Positions 50,968 through 63,617 of a stretch of 64,000 bases of DNA are shown one piece after another. Source of the stretch: Eledone cirrhosa. Its lineage: Eukaryota. Every line of letters starts with the position of its first letter. The stretch's first letter is position 1. The DNA is taken from positions 85,250,001-85,314,000 of the forward strand of contig OZ024741.1 of the NCBI GenBank assembly GCA_964016885.1, read 5' to 3'. The notes beneath the pieces are model-generated. The model searched no databases and was not told where the DNA came from. It worked only from the letters and a program-made list of their open reading frames with translations. Both the position numbers and the translations under genes were made by a program.

Positions 50968-53900
50968 ATTTCTTTATTAGCCACAAGGGCACAAAAGAAA
51001 GGGACAAATACAAATGGAGAGTTTACATACAGGTATATGAAAATAAAACTATTAATACAATAACAATAACAAATAACAAATTGAAATCCCCAATAGTGGG
51101 GAGGTGTTACACAAGGGTTGTACACACCCCGAAAAAATGTACAACCCTCATCTCCAGGAGCACCAAGAGTGAGTACTCCCTTCCTCTCTTCCTCTTTTTC
51201 CTCAAGCCACAGGCTTATATAGAGAGAAGGCCCAACCACTCGGGCCATCTTTGCCACATTCACCCACCTTTTATAAAATTTGCTGGGGTACAGCACCTCT
51301 CTCTCCATCCTGATTCTTCTTCCAAAATGATATTTGAAAAAACGAATCAGTTGCTCGCCGGAGAGAAAGGTGTCTGACCTCAGCCCTTTCAACCTCATCC
51401 ACCATATAACCTCTTTCACCATAGCCATAACATAATAGGAAAACCGCCTCTCCCTCGTTTTTGAAGGAGGGTGGCGGTTTGATCATGACAATGGAGTTGG
51501 TGGTCAACTGGATTGGTCCCACCCGCGACAATAGTCGTTCTACATAGCCCCACAGGTCGGTAACGCCCGGGCAGTGTACAAATGCGTGTGCGACGGTTTC
51601 CTCGTCGTTCACGCATCTCGGACAGATCTTTTTCGAAGGATCCCTACCCGGGCGCCCGTGTCTGTAGAGCTTGTCTCGAACTGGTAGAGCTCCTCGGTAG
51701 CCAGGAAGTTGTCCATTGGTCCCGGGCGGAAGGTCCTACCGAACAGACTGGCCAGTTTGTCCTCCTCTACGCCTAGAGTTTCTCCGAGCGTGTCGTCGCA
51801 CTTTGCTTGACCCAGGACTGCAGCTCGGTCAGCGAGACGAGTCGTGGGAAGGCTCGCCAAACGAACGGGGCCCACATCGGTTGTCTGGTGAGGAATACGT
51901 GCATGGGCCGCAGCCTGAGCGCGTGTTTGCGCATCATCAGCCACGGCACTCCAGCCCTCAGTTTGAAGGGTGTTGGCAGCAGATGGATCTTCTCACCAAA
52001 GGAGCCCGTTTCTTCCAAAGGAATTGGAAGAGCGCGCGCTCCATTTTGGTGAGCGTTTTGGCTGGACAAGCCACAACTGTCAAGCGGTAGTAGATGACGG
52101 ACGCTATAAAAGTGTTCGCCACCTCCGCTCGACCTTTCAAGGATAGTTTGCACTCGGCCCACTTCTGGGTGAGCGCAAACACCTTAGCCGTCACCTCGTT
52201 GCAGTTCTTCTCCACCTGGAGGTCAGGACCAAACCAGACCCCGAGCATCTTTACCGGTCCTTCCGTCCAGCGTCCTACGACGTCATCGGAAGGCATCGAC
52301 TTGCCTCTCCACGTTCCGAGTTGCAAACCGACGGATTTGTCCCGGTTCAGCTTCGCTCCTGTGAACCTTTCGTATTCCTCCAGTAAGGTGCCGATCTCCC
52401 CGATTTGCGAGGTGCTCGACACCATTACTGTCACGTCATCGGCGTAGGCCGACGCCGCTTTTTGCAGTCCCGGTTCCAAAGGGATGCCCTGCAATAGATC
52501 CAACTTCAGCAGTAATGGCTCGAGAGTCAGTACGTACAGAAGGGAGGAGGGAGGGCATCCCTGTCGGATGGATCGCGTGATGTGGAACGGCTCCGAGAGG
52601 TAGCCGTTCACTTTGACACTTGAGCAGATGTTGCTGTTGTGCATTGCAGCAATCCAGCCCCTGAACACGAGACCGAAGCCTGCCGCCTCGAGCACCGCAT
52701 CCAGGTAACGAAGGTCAACCCTATCGAAAGCCTTAGACTGATCCAAGTTGATCAGGGCCCCACCGAAGCCAGGTTTACACCCTATCCTCTCTATGATGTA
52801 TCGCATGAGGTGGAGGTTATCGTGTATGGACCTGGTCGGTATTGCGCATGTCTGCGCTTCTCCCACCAGGATTTCGACGACAAGCGCCAGCCTCTTTGCC
52901 AACACCTTGGCCAAAATCTGTAACTCTGTGTTGAGCAGATTTATGGGCCGGAACTTGCCTATGTCATCCTCCTTGTTCTCGTCCTTCCTGACTAACGTGA
53001 TTACTCCCTTGGTCACAGAACTGGGAATTCTCCCGTTCTGCTGCCATTTGCAGTAGACCGCTTCCAGGAGACCGGAGAACAAGTCCGGCATTGCTACGTA
53101 AAATTCGTAGAGTAGACCGTTGAGACCTGGAGATTTGCGTTTGCCGCATTGGCTCAGCGCGTCCCCTATCTCAGCGGCCGAAATCGGGTTTTCGCAGAAC
53201 TTCGCCTCGCTGTCCGAGAGTCGCGGTAGGCCGTCGAGATGTGAACCGAAATCCATAGCCCCTCCCGGCACGCCGCCCTGCCCTAACAGTTGAGAAAAGT
53301 GCCGCTGAAAGGCCGCGCACATTTGCTTCGGCTCACATATCGCGAGTCCGTCTTGGTCCTTCAAAGACCGAATCGTGGGTTTGTTGCCACTTTTCGCCTC
53401 CGTCACTCGGGCCCAGCTAACAGCTTTGGCTCCCTCGTTTCCCAGAGCAGGTATTTTGCTTCTGACAACGCAACCTTCATGCTTTGCGTCGAAGAACTCG
53501 TCCAAGGCCGTTCTCGTCGCTAGCACGCTGGCTACGTTGCCACTCCTAAGTGCCTCTTCTACTTTATCTACCAGTTCCTTTTCGGTCTTATTTCTATCTA
53601 ACACTAATTCTTTACTAAAACCTATCGAGTCTAATCTAACTGCCCTCTTGAGAGAGTACCACCATCTGTTGTTGACAATGGCCCCCGTCAAGTGCTGCTT
53701 AACTAAAGTGCTAATCCGTCTACTGTATGCTTTGCATGTCGGTAACGACATGTTCAGCTTCCAGTAGCCGGGTCTCTATCTATGGGTTTTGTCAAGGTTG
53801 ACTGAGCAGGTCACTAATTTGTGATCTGAATAGGCAACCATGAACATTTGTGGACAGCTTAACATGTCGCTATCCTTCTTTCTAACTAGAACCCTATCTA

Positions 53901-54232
53901 GGTACGATGTAGATGTTCCGCTGCGATTACTCCACGTCCACAGTGACACAGTCGGAAAATCTAGTCGATATCTATCGGCCAGGTCAAATCGGCCGATTAA
54001 CTGTTTGAGGCTGTTATACCCCCCTCTATCGGGACATGCTACTACATAGTCCCAACGTGCATCTAGGATTCCATTCCAGTCCCCCACTAACAGCAGGGAG
54101 CGGGACGTTCCCAGAAAAGTCTCTAGACGTTTGAAGAAGTCTGGCTGCGGTGTCCCGGATGGAGCATATGCGGCCACCAGCCTGAAGGCTCCACCTTCAC
54201 TACCGTCAACGTCTAGGACCACCAGTCGACCC
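50968..54232 (-). mobile_element. L1/Tx1-type retrotransposon, array unit 1, 5'-truncated in APE, degenerate
   Basis: ORFs 53776-54232 (APE), 51958-53751 (RT: LDQSKAFD, QGCP, YADD), frameshifted C-terminus; (ATCT)n tail. Confidence 0.95.
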
Positions 54233-54235
54233 GAT

Positions 54236-54237
54236 AT

Positions 54238-54317
<80 letters not shown>
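54236..54317. repeat. (GATA)n linker between array units (also 50947-50966, 60161-60200, 63608-63618)
   Basis: Perfect tetranucleotide runs at each junction. Confidence 0.97.
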
Positions 54318-54319
<2 letters not shown>

Positions 54320-54556
54320 TTCTTTATTAGCCACAGGGGCACAAAAGAAGGGGACAAATACAAAGGGGGGAGTTTACATACAATAAAAACGTGTAAAATG
54401 TTATCACAGATGGAATTTAAAAGTTAGTCGATTTTCCCCAATAGAGGGAGACAGTTTATATGGGTAACACATACCCCCGAAAAAAAATGTGCAACCCTCA
54501 TCTCCAGGAGTACGAAGAGCTTGTACTCCTTTCCTCTCCTCCTCCTTTTCCTCAAC

Positions 54557-57500
54557 CTACAGGCTGATATAGAGAGAAGGCCCATTCACTCGGGCCATTC
54601 TCGCCACTTTCACCCACCTTTCATAAAACTTGCTGGGGTACAGCACCTCTCTCTCCATCCTGATTCTTCTTCCAAAGTGGTATTTGAAAAAAAGAATCAG
54701 TTGTTGGCCGGAGAGAAAGGTGTCTGACCTCAGCCCTTTCAACCTTGTCCACCATACAACCTCTTTCGCTATAGCTATCACACAAAGGAAAACCGCCTCT
54801 CCTTCGTTTTTGAAGGAGGGTGGCGGTTTGATCATGACAATGGACTCGGTGGTCAACTGGATTGGTCCCACCCGCGACAATAGTCGTTCTACATAGCCCC
54901 ACAGGTCAGTGACGCCCGGGCAGTGTATGAATGCGTGCGCGACGGTTTCTTCGTCTCGCACGCACCTCGGACAGATCTTTTTTGCAGGGTCCCTGCCCGG
55001 GCGCCCATGTCTGTAGAGCTTGTCTCGAACTGGTAGAGCTCCTCGGTAGCACTGCCAGGCCAGGGACTTTTGGAAGTTGTCCATCGGTCCCGGGCGGAAG
55101 GTCCTACCGCACAGACTGGCCAGTTCATCTTCCTCTACGCCTAGAGTTTCACCGAGCGCGTCGTCGCACTTGCTGCGGACCAACCCTCTATAGAATGACG
55201 AAGTGGAGTCTCCACTGATCTCCGGGTCCGCCTGCCAGAGGGCTGTGAGCGCCTGAGCACATTCGATGTGCCAGTCGCCCATTTTCCTCGGTCTCTGCTT
55301 GACCCAGGACTGCAGCTCGGTCAGCGAGACGAGTCGTGGGAAGGCTCGCCTCACGAACGGGGCCCACACCGGTTGTCCGGTGAGGAATACGTAGAGATGC
55401 CGCAGCCTGAGCGCGTGTTTGCGCATCGTCAACCACGGCATCCCCAGCCCTCCGTTAGAAAAGTGTTGGCAGCAGATGGATCTTCTCACGAAAGGAGCCC
55501 GCCTCTTCCAAAGGAATTGGAAGAGCGCGCGCTCCATTTTGGCGAGCGTTTTGGCTGGACAAGGCACGACGGTCAAGCGGTAGTAGATGGCGGACGCTAT
55601 AAAAGTGTTCGCCACCTCCGCTCGACCTTTCAAGGATAGTTTGCACTCGCCCCACTTCTGGGTGAGTGCAAACACCTTGGCCGTCACTTCGTTCCAGTTC
55701 TTCTCCACCTGGAGGTCCGGACCAAACCAGACCCCGAGCAGCTTTACCGGTCCTTCCGTCCAGCGTCCGACGACGCCATCGGAAGGCATCGGTCTGCCTC
55801 TCCACGATCCGAGTTGCAAACCGATGGACTTTTCCGGTTCAGCTTCGCTCTTGTGAGACTTTCGTATTCCTTCAGTAAGGTGCCGACTTCCTCGATTTGC
55901 GAGGCGCTCGACACCATTACTGTCACGTCGTCGGCGTAGGCCGACGCTGCTTTCCGCAGTCCCGGTTCCAGAGGGATGCCCTGCAATAGCTCCAGCTTCC
56001 GCAGTAGTGGCTCGAGAGTCAGTACGTACAGAAGGGAGGAGAGAGGGCATCCCTGTCGAATGGATCGCGTAATATGGAACGGCTCCGAGAGGTAACTGTT
56101 CACCTTGACCCTTGAGCAGATGTTGCTGTTGTGCATTGCAGCAATCGAGCCCCTGAACACGGGTCCGAAGCCAGCCGCCTCGAGCACCGCATCCAGGTAA
56201 CGATGGTCAACCCTATCGAAAGCCTTAGACTGAGCCAAGTTGATCAGGGCCCCACCGAAGCCGGGTTTACACCCTACCCTCTCTATGATGTATCGCATGA
56301 GGTGGAGGTTGTCGTGTATGGACCTGGTCGGGATTGCGCATGTCTGCGCTTCTCCCACCAGGTTCTCGACGACAAGCGCCAGCCTCTTTGCCAACACCTT
56401 GGCCAAAATCTGTAACTCTGTGTTTAGCAGAGTTATGGGCCGGAAGTTGCCTATGTCATCCCCCTTATTCTCGTCCTTCCTGATTAGTGTGACCACGCCC
56501 CCGGTTACAGAACTGGGAATTCTCCCGTTCTGTTGCCAGTTGCAGTAGACCGCTTCCAGGAGACCGGAGAATAAGTCCGGCATTGCTACGTAAAATTCGT
56601 AGGGTAGACCGTGGAGACCTGGAGATTTGCGTTTGCCGCATTGGCTCAGCGCGTCCCCTATCTCAGTGGCTGAAATCGGCTTTTCGCAGAACTTCGCCTC
56701 GCTGTCCGAGAGTCGCGGTAGGCCGTCGAGGTATGGACCGAAATCCATAGCCTCTCCCGGCGCGCCGCTCCCCCCGAACAGCTGAGCAAAGTGCCGCTGA
56801 AAAGCCGCACACATCTGCTTCGGCTCACGTATCACGCGTCCGTTTTGGTCCTTCAAAGACCGAATCGTGGACTTGTTGCCACTTTTTGCCTCCGTCACTC
56901 GGGCCCAGCTAACAGCTTTGGCTCCCTCGTTTCCCAGAGCACGTATTTTGCTTCTGACAACGCAGCCCTCGTGCTTTGCGTCGAAGAACTGGTCCAAGGC
57001 CGTTCTCGTTGCTAGCACGCTGGCTAGGTTGCCACTTCTAATTGCCTCTTCTACTTTATCTACCAGTTCCTTCTCGGTTCTATTTCTATCTAACGCTAAT
57101 TCTTTACTAAAAGCTATCGAGTCTAATCTAACTGCCCTCTTGAGAGAGTACCACCATCTGTTGTTGACAATGGCCCCTGTCAAGTGCTGTTTAACTAAAG
57201 TGCTAATCCGTCTACTGTAGGCTTTGCTTGTCGGTAACCACAAGTTCAGCTTCCAGTAGCCGGGTCCTTGTCTATGGGTTCTATCAAGGTTGGCCATGCA
57301 GGTCACTAGTTTGTGATCTGAATAGGCAACCATGAACATTTGTGGACAGCTTAACATGTCCCTATCCTTATTTCTAACTAGAACCCTATCTAGGTACGAT
57401 CTAGATGTTCCGCTACGATTACTCCACGTCCACAGTGGCGCAGTCGGAAAATCTAGTCGATATCTATCGGCCAGGTCAAATCGGTCGATTAACTGTTTGA

Positions 57501-57993
57501 GGCTGTTACACCCCCCTTTATCGGGACATGCTCCCACATAGTCCATACGTGCATCTAGGATTCCATTCCAGTCCCCCACTAAAAGCAAGGAGCGGGACGT
57601 TCCCAGAAAAGTCTCTAGACGTTTGAAGAAGTCTGGCCGCGGTGTCCCGGATGGGGCATATGCGGCCACCAGCCTGAACGCTCCACCTTCACTACCGTCA
57701 ACGTCTAGGACCACCAGTCGACCCTCCGGGTCCAGATGTACCGTCTGTGTTACGAGGCCCAGGTGTTTCCGCAGCAAAACGGCAACTCCGCCCCCACCCC
57801 CCGGTTGACAGAGAGATGCGTAGATCTCAAAGTCATCGAAGATGGGGGCCAGCTGTCGCTCGCCGTGGATCCTGGACTCGCAAATGGCTACCACATCCAA
57901 ACTGTGCGACCTGAGGTCGTTTAAGAGTTTGCCCTGTTTCCAGGGCATCCCCAGGCCGCGTACGTTCACACATCCAACTCTTATATTGGCCAT
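54557..57993 (-). pseudogene. ORF2 APE-RT-zinc finger with 1-nt deletion near 55834 and RT motif A D>A
   Basis: NVRGL, GDWN, YLDRV, SDH, GYWKLN, LAQSKAFD, QGCPLS, YADD, CPRC..ETVAHAFIHC across ORFs 55744-57993 and 54557-56050. Confidence 0.94.
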
Positions 57994-58208
57994 GTTGGTG
58001 CTGAAAAGTTAAAAGAGGAAAAGAGATCACTCACCCTTCGCCTCCTGGGGACCAGGCCGCACGATTTCCATGGGGGTGTTGGAGGGGTTGTTTGGATGGG
58101 TGGTGTTTTCCGGCGGGGTGGGGACGCAGATGTTTGGTGGGGTGGGGTCTGGTGGGATGGGGGTGTCTGGGGTGGGGAGGCATTTGAGAAGGACGCGGTT
58201 GAGTGGTT

Positions 58209-59942
58209 TCACGCAGGAATTCCCACATCCTTCTCAAATGTTTCTTTTAGGGACCTATAAGTTTGTATAGGGACCCTAATCAGTTTTAGGTTCAGTTTTT
58301 TGCTATTTTTTATAGAGTGGGCGAAAGTTTTCCCTTCGGTGAAAACCGAAGGGTCGTTCGTGATGGTCTCCATTAGTGTTTTGTTTTCAGTGTTTATGTA
58401 AGTGTAAGTGTAATTTTCTTGTGTTGTGTTTGTTTTTGTCTGTAGTTCTTGTGTGTGCTTTCGTTTTGTTGTAGGTATTTTGTTTTCAGGAGGTGGGGGT
58501 TTTGTTTGTGATATTTTTGTTGTTTGTGTTGGTGGTTGTATGTTTGTGGTAGTGTTTGCTGGTTTTTTGCTTTTGTGATGTCTTTTCTTTCTTTTCGAGC
58601 GATGGGGTTCTCCCTCGTCTTCACTGGGTGATGGCGAGATAGCCTCATCTGTTGTATCGTCTGTGTGATTGGGGAGGGGTATGTCTTGGGGAGCTGTTGT
58701 GTCTGTATGTGATTTTGCAGTGGTTTTAGGTGGAGTGGGGTTGGGTGGGACTGTGTTTGTTGTGGTTATTTTTGTGTGTTGGTGTTGTTGTTGTTGTGGT
58801 GGTGTTGGTGGTTGTGTTGTTTTGATGGGTGTTGGCAGAAGAGCCTTTTTTTGGTTCATTAGTTTAGGACAGGAAGCCCTCAGGTGACCCCTGCTAAAGC
58901 AATGGTAACATGAAGGCCGCCTACCCTCAACCGAAAGGTTTATGTAGGTGAGTCCGTCCAGGAGTACACGCTGTGGGATCATAGCTATTCGCTCTGGGCT
59001 CATTTGCACCAGAACTTCAATGCTAGTCCCATTGAATACATCTCTGGGGGACTTGCCTACTGACAGTATTCTGTCTTCATCAAAATTGATGAAGCCGCAC
59101 AGTATCCACCATATGTTCACCTTTGGTGTGACACTTGTGATTCTGATCTTTTGTGTCCTTTTTCCCATGTATGTAGGGAAAAAGGTGTACAGGTTGGATA
59201 CAATTGGTGACACAGAGTAATTTTGGGCCGTCAATTGATCCTTCATCAGTACCGAAATACTCCCAAAAAGTTTGCTTCTTTGAATGAATGCAATATCATT
59301 CATTGAATCTTTGAAAACCAGTTCAATATCTTTCTGTGACAATTGGACTGGTTTTCGGGTAGAATTGGAAACTGTCCTAAAAACTATCGTTTTGAGAGCA
59401 GTTTCCTTGCGAATTTCTACCGGAGAATTGATGCTGAAAGCACCATTTTTTTCGAAGGTGACATATCTCTTAGCGCCCTTTAAAAGGTGTTCAGCATTTG
59501 TTATGTCGAGATAAATCAATTGTTCTTTCTTTTGAACTTTCTCCGCAAAGGAGATTTTTGGTTTCTTTGTGGAATCCGTATTGGTGGTGTTGTCATTATT
59601 GTTGTTATTCTTGTTGTTATTCTTGTTGTCACCGATGTTGGTATCATCCGTATTTTCCTTGGTGTTGTTGTTGTCTTTGATGCTGGTGTTATTGGCGTTG
59701 TCTTTATTTTTTTCTTTGTTGTTGTTATCATTGTTGCTTTTATCATCATTATTGGTTTTGCTGTTATTTTTGTTGTCATTGAGCTGTTTGGTGTCATTTG
59801 TGTTGTTTGGATGTGAATTCGTTTTTTTATTTTCATTTTGTCTTTCCATCTCTATAGTATCTAGTGAAGAAGACGTTGTTGACTGCGAGCTTTGTAGTCT
59901 TACCGCCTCTCCACCACCATTATCGTTGGACGCAGCGTTCAT
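58209..59942 (-). CDS. ORF1 gag-like nucleic-acid-binding protein; true C-terminus probably continues to 58027 after a 1-nt frameshift
   Basis: 577 aa, CYHCFSRGHLRASC CCHC knuckle, N/K/D-rich N-terminus; DVGIP|VKPLNRVLLK aligns with DVGISNVKASSRLLK at 26.6 kb. Confidence 0.88.
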   Translation of the reverse strand: MNAASNDNGGGEAVRLQSSQSTTSSSLDTIEMERQNENKKTNSHPNNTNDTKQLNDNKNNSKTNNDDKSNNDNNNKEKNKDNANNTSIKDNNNTKENTDDTNIGDNKNNNKNNNNNDNTTNTDSTKKPKISFAEKVQKKEQLIYLDITNAEHLLKGAKRYVTFEKNGAFSINSPVEIRKETALKTIVFRTVSNSTRKPVQLSQKDIELVFKDSMNDIAFIQRSKLFGSISVLMKDQLTAQNYSVSPIVSNLYTFFPTYMGKRTQKIRITSVTPKVNIWWILCGFINFDEDRILSVGKSPRDVFNGTSIEVLVQMSPERIAMIPQRVLLDGLTYINLSVEGRRPSCYHCFSRGHLRASCPKLMNQKKALLPTPIKTTQPPTPPQQQQHQHTKITTTNTVPPNPTPPKTTAKSHTDTTAPQDIPLPNHTDDTTDEAISPSPSEDEGEPHRSKRKKRHHKSKKPANTTTNIQPPTQTTKISQTKPPPPENKIPTTKRKHTQELQTKTNTTQENYTYTYINTENKTLMETITNDPSVFTEGKTFAHSIKNSKKLNLKLIRVPIQTYRSLKETFEKDVGIPA

Positions 59943-60160
59943 AACGTAATCAAAATTTTACAATATTTTTTTCCAAGATTCGATGGAGAAAAATTTTTTA
60001 AATGGATATTCCGCCCCTGAAGGGGCGAAAATGAGTTGACCCACCACCTGAAGGTCCAGACGGGTGGTCAAGTTACACAATGATATAAAATTGAACTAAA
60101 AACTCACGTTTTTTCCTTACATAAATTAACGGAAACTTCTCCGCGAAGTGACACACGACT

Positions 60161-60200
<40 letters not shown>

Positions 60201-60201
60201 T

Positions 60202-63200
60202 ATTTCTTTATTAGCCACAGGGGCACAAAAGAAGGGGACAAATACAAAGGGGGAAGTTTACATACAATAAAAACGTGTAAAATGTTATCACAGATGGAAT
60301 TTAAAAGTTAGTCGATTTTCCCCAATAGAGGGAGACAGTTTATATGGGTAACACAGACCCCCGAAAAAAATGTGCAACCCTCATCTCCAGGAGTACGAAG
60401 AGCTTGTACTCCTTTCCTCTCCTCCTCCTTTTCCTCAACCTACAGGCTGATATAGAGAGAAGGCCCATTCACTCGGGCCATTCTCGCCACTTTCACCCAC
60501 CTTTCATAAAACTTGCTGGGGTACAGCACCTCTCTCTCCATCCTGATTCTTCTTCCAAAGTGGTATTTGAAAAAAAGAATCAGTTGTTGGCCGGAGAGAA
60601 AGGTGTCTGACCTCAGCCCTTTCAACCTTGTCCACCATACAACCTCTTTCGCTATAGCTATCACACAAAGGAAAACCGCCTCTCCTTCGTTTTTGAAGGA
60701 GGGTGGCGGTTTGATCATGACAATGGACTCGGTGGTCAACTGGATTGGTCCCACCCGCGACAATAGTCGTTCTACATAGCCCCACAGGTCAGTGACGCCC
60801 GGGCAGTGTATGAATGCGTGCGCGACGGTTTCTTCGTCTCGCACGCACCTCGGACAGATCTTTTTTGCAGGGTCCCTGCCCGGGCGCCCATGTCTGTAGA
60901 GCTTGTCTCGAACTGGTAGAGCTCCTCGGTAGCACTGCCAGGCCAGGGACTTTTGGAAGTTGTCCATCGGTCCCGGGCGGAAGGTCCTACCGAACAGACT
61001 GGCCAGTTCATCTTCCTCTACGCCTAGAGTTTCACCGAGCGCGTCGTCGCACTTGCTGCGGACCAACCCTCTATAGAATGACGAAGTGGAGTCTCCACTG
61101 ATCTCCGGGTCCGCCTGCCAGAGGGCTGTGAGCGCCTGAGCACATTCGATGTGCCAGTCGCCCATTTTCCTCGGTCTCTGCTTGACCCAGGACTGCAGCT
61201 CGGTCAGCGAGACGAGTCGTGGGAAGGCTCGCCTCACGAACGGGGCCCACACCGGTTGTCCGGTGAGGAATACGTAGAGATGCCGCAGCCTGAGCGCGTG
61301 TTTGCGCATCGTCAACCACGGCATCCCCAGCCCTCCGTTAGAAAAGTGTTGGCAGCAGATGGATCTTCTCACGAAAGGAGCCCGCCTCTTCCAAAGGAAT
61401 TGGAAGAGCGCGCGCTCCATTTTGGCGAGCGTTTTGGCTGGACAAGGCACGACGGTCAAGCGGTAGTAGATGGCGGACGCTATAAAAGTGTTCGCCACCT
61501 CCGCTCGACCTTTCAAGGATAGTTTGCACTCGCCCCACTTCTGGGTGAGTGCAAACACCTTGGCCGTCACTTCGTTCCAGTTCTTCTCCACCTGGAGGTC
61601 CGGACCAAACCAGACCCCGAGCAGCTTTACCGGTCCTTCCGTCCAGCGTCCGACGACGCCATCGGAAGGCATCGGTCTGCCTCTCCACGATCCGAGTTGC
61701 AAACCGATGGACTTTTCCGGTTCAGCTTCGCTCTTGTGAGACTTTCGTATTCCTTCAGTAAGGTGCCGACTTCCTCGATTTGCGAGGCGCTCGACACCAT
61801 TACTGTCACGTCGTCGGCGTAGGCCGACGCTGCTTTCCGCAGTCCCGGTTCCAGAGGGATGCCCTGCAATAGCTCCAGCTTCCGCAGTAGTGGCTCGAGA
61901 GTCAGTACGTACAGAAGGGAGGAGAGAGGGCATCCCTGTCGAATGGATCGCGTAATATGGAACGGCTCCGAGAGGTAACTGTTCACCTTGACCCTTGAGC
62001 AGATGTTGCTGTTGTGCATTGCAGCAATCGAGCCCCTGAACACGGGTCCGAAGCCAGCCGCCTCGAGCACCGCATCCAGGTAACGATGGTCAACCCTATC
62101 GAAAGCCTTAGACTGAGCCAAGTTGATCAGGGCCCCACCGAAGCCGGGTTTACACCCTACCCTCTCTATGATGTATCGCATGAGGTGGAGGTTGTCGTGT
62201 ATGGACCTGGTCGGGATTGCGCATGTCTGCGCTTCTCCCACCAGGTTCTCGACGACAAGCGCCAGCCTCTTTGCCAACACCTTGGCCAAAATCTGTAACT
62301 CTGTGTTTAGCAGAGTTATGGGCCGGAAGTTGCCTATGTCATCCCCCTTATTCTCGTCCTTCCTGATTAGTGTGACCACGCCCCCGGTTACAGAACTGGG
62401 AATTCTCCCGTTCTGTTGCCAGTTGCAGTAGACCGCTTCCAGGAGACCGGAGAATAAGTCCGGCATTGCTACGTAAAATTCGTAGGGTAGACCGTGGAGA
62501 CCTGGAGATTTGCGTTTGCCGCATTGGCTCAGCGCGTCCCCTATCTCAGTGGCTGAAATCGGCTTTTCGCAGAACTTCGCCTCGCTGTCCGAGAGTCGCG
62601 GTAGGCCGTCGAGGTATGGACCGAAATCCATAGCCTCTCCCGGCGCGCCGCTCCCCCCGAACAGCTGAGCAAAGTGCCGCTGAAAAGCCGCACACATCTG
62701 CTTCGGCTCACGTATCACGCGTCCGTTTTGGTCCTTCAAAGACCGAATCGTGGACTTGTTGCCACTTTTTGCCTCCGTCACTCGGGCCCAGCTAACAGCT
62801 TTGGCTCCCTCGTTTCCCAGAGCACGTATTTTGCTTCTGACAACGCAGCCCTCGTGCTTTGCGTCGAAGAACTGGTCCAAGGCCGTTCTCGTTGCTAGCA
62901 CGCTGGCTAGGTTGCCACTTCTAATTGCCTCTTCTACTTTATCTACCAGTTCCTTCTCGGTTCTATTTCTATCTAACGCTAATTCTTTACTAAAAGCTAT
63001 CGAGTCTAATCTAACTGCCCTCTTGAGAGAGTACCACCATCTGTTGTTGACAATGGCCCCTGTCAAGTGCTGTTTAACTAAAGTGCTAATCCGTCTACTG
63101 TAGGCTTTGCTTGTCGGTAACCACAAGTTCAGCTTCCAGTAGCCGGGTCCTTGTCTATGGGTTCTATCAAGGTTGGCCATGCAGGTCACTAGTTTGTGAT

Positions 63201-63551
63201 CTGAATAGGCAACCATGAACATTTGTGGACAGCTTAACATGTCCCTATCCTTATTTCTAACTAGAACCCTATCTAGGTACGATCTAGATGTTCTGCTACG
63301 ATTACTCCACGTCCACAGTGGCGCAGTCGGAAAATCTAGTCGATATCTATCGGCCAGGTCAAATCGGTCGATTAACTGTTTGAGGCTGTTACACCCCCCT
63401 TTATCGGGACATGCTCCCACATAGTCCATACGTGCATCTAGGATTCCATTCCAGTCCCCCACTAAAAGCAAGGAGCGGGACGTTCCCAGAAAAGTCTCTA
63501 GACGTTTGAAGAAGTCTGGCCGCGGTGTCCCGGATGGGGCATATGCGGCCA
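60202..63551 (-). mobile_element. L1/Tx1-type array unit 3, 5'-truncated, almost identical to unit 2 (offset 5883)
   Basis: ORFs 61627-63471 and 60440-61933 match unit 2, including the same frameshift and D>A. Confidence 0.95.
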
Positions 63552-63617
63552 GATTTCTTTATCACCATAGCCATAACACATAGGAAAACCGCCTCTCCCT
63601 CGTTTTTGATAGATAGA

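Larger units (their letters stand above)
54318..60161 (-). mobile_element. Full-length (~5.85 kb) L1/Tx1-type retrotransposon, array unit 2
   Basis: 5' cagtcgtgtg leader, ORF1, ORF2, 3' UTR, aataaagaa(atct)n tail. Confidence 0.96.

Noticed and set aside
54557-56050. Independent 497-aa gene or programmed frameshift
   Set aside because: It is the ORF2 C-terminus; units at 52.3 kb and 14.3 kb are in frame at this site, so this is a 1-nt deletion
55268-57808. Antisense ORFs over the retrotransposons
   Set aside because: Shadow ORFs of GC-rich coding sequence with no motifs
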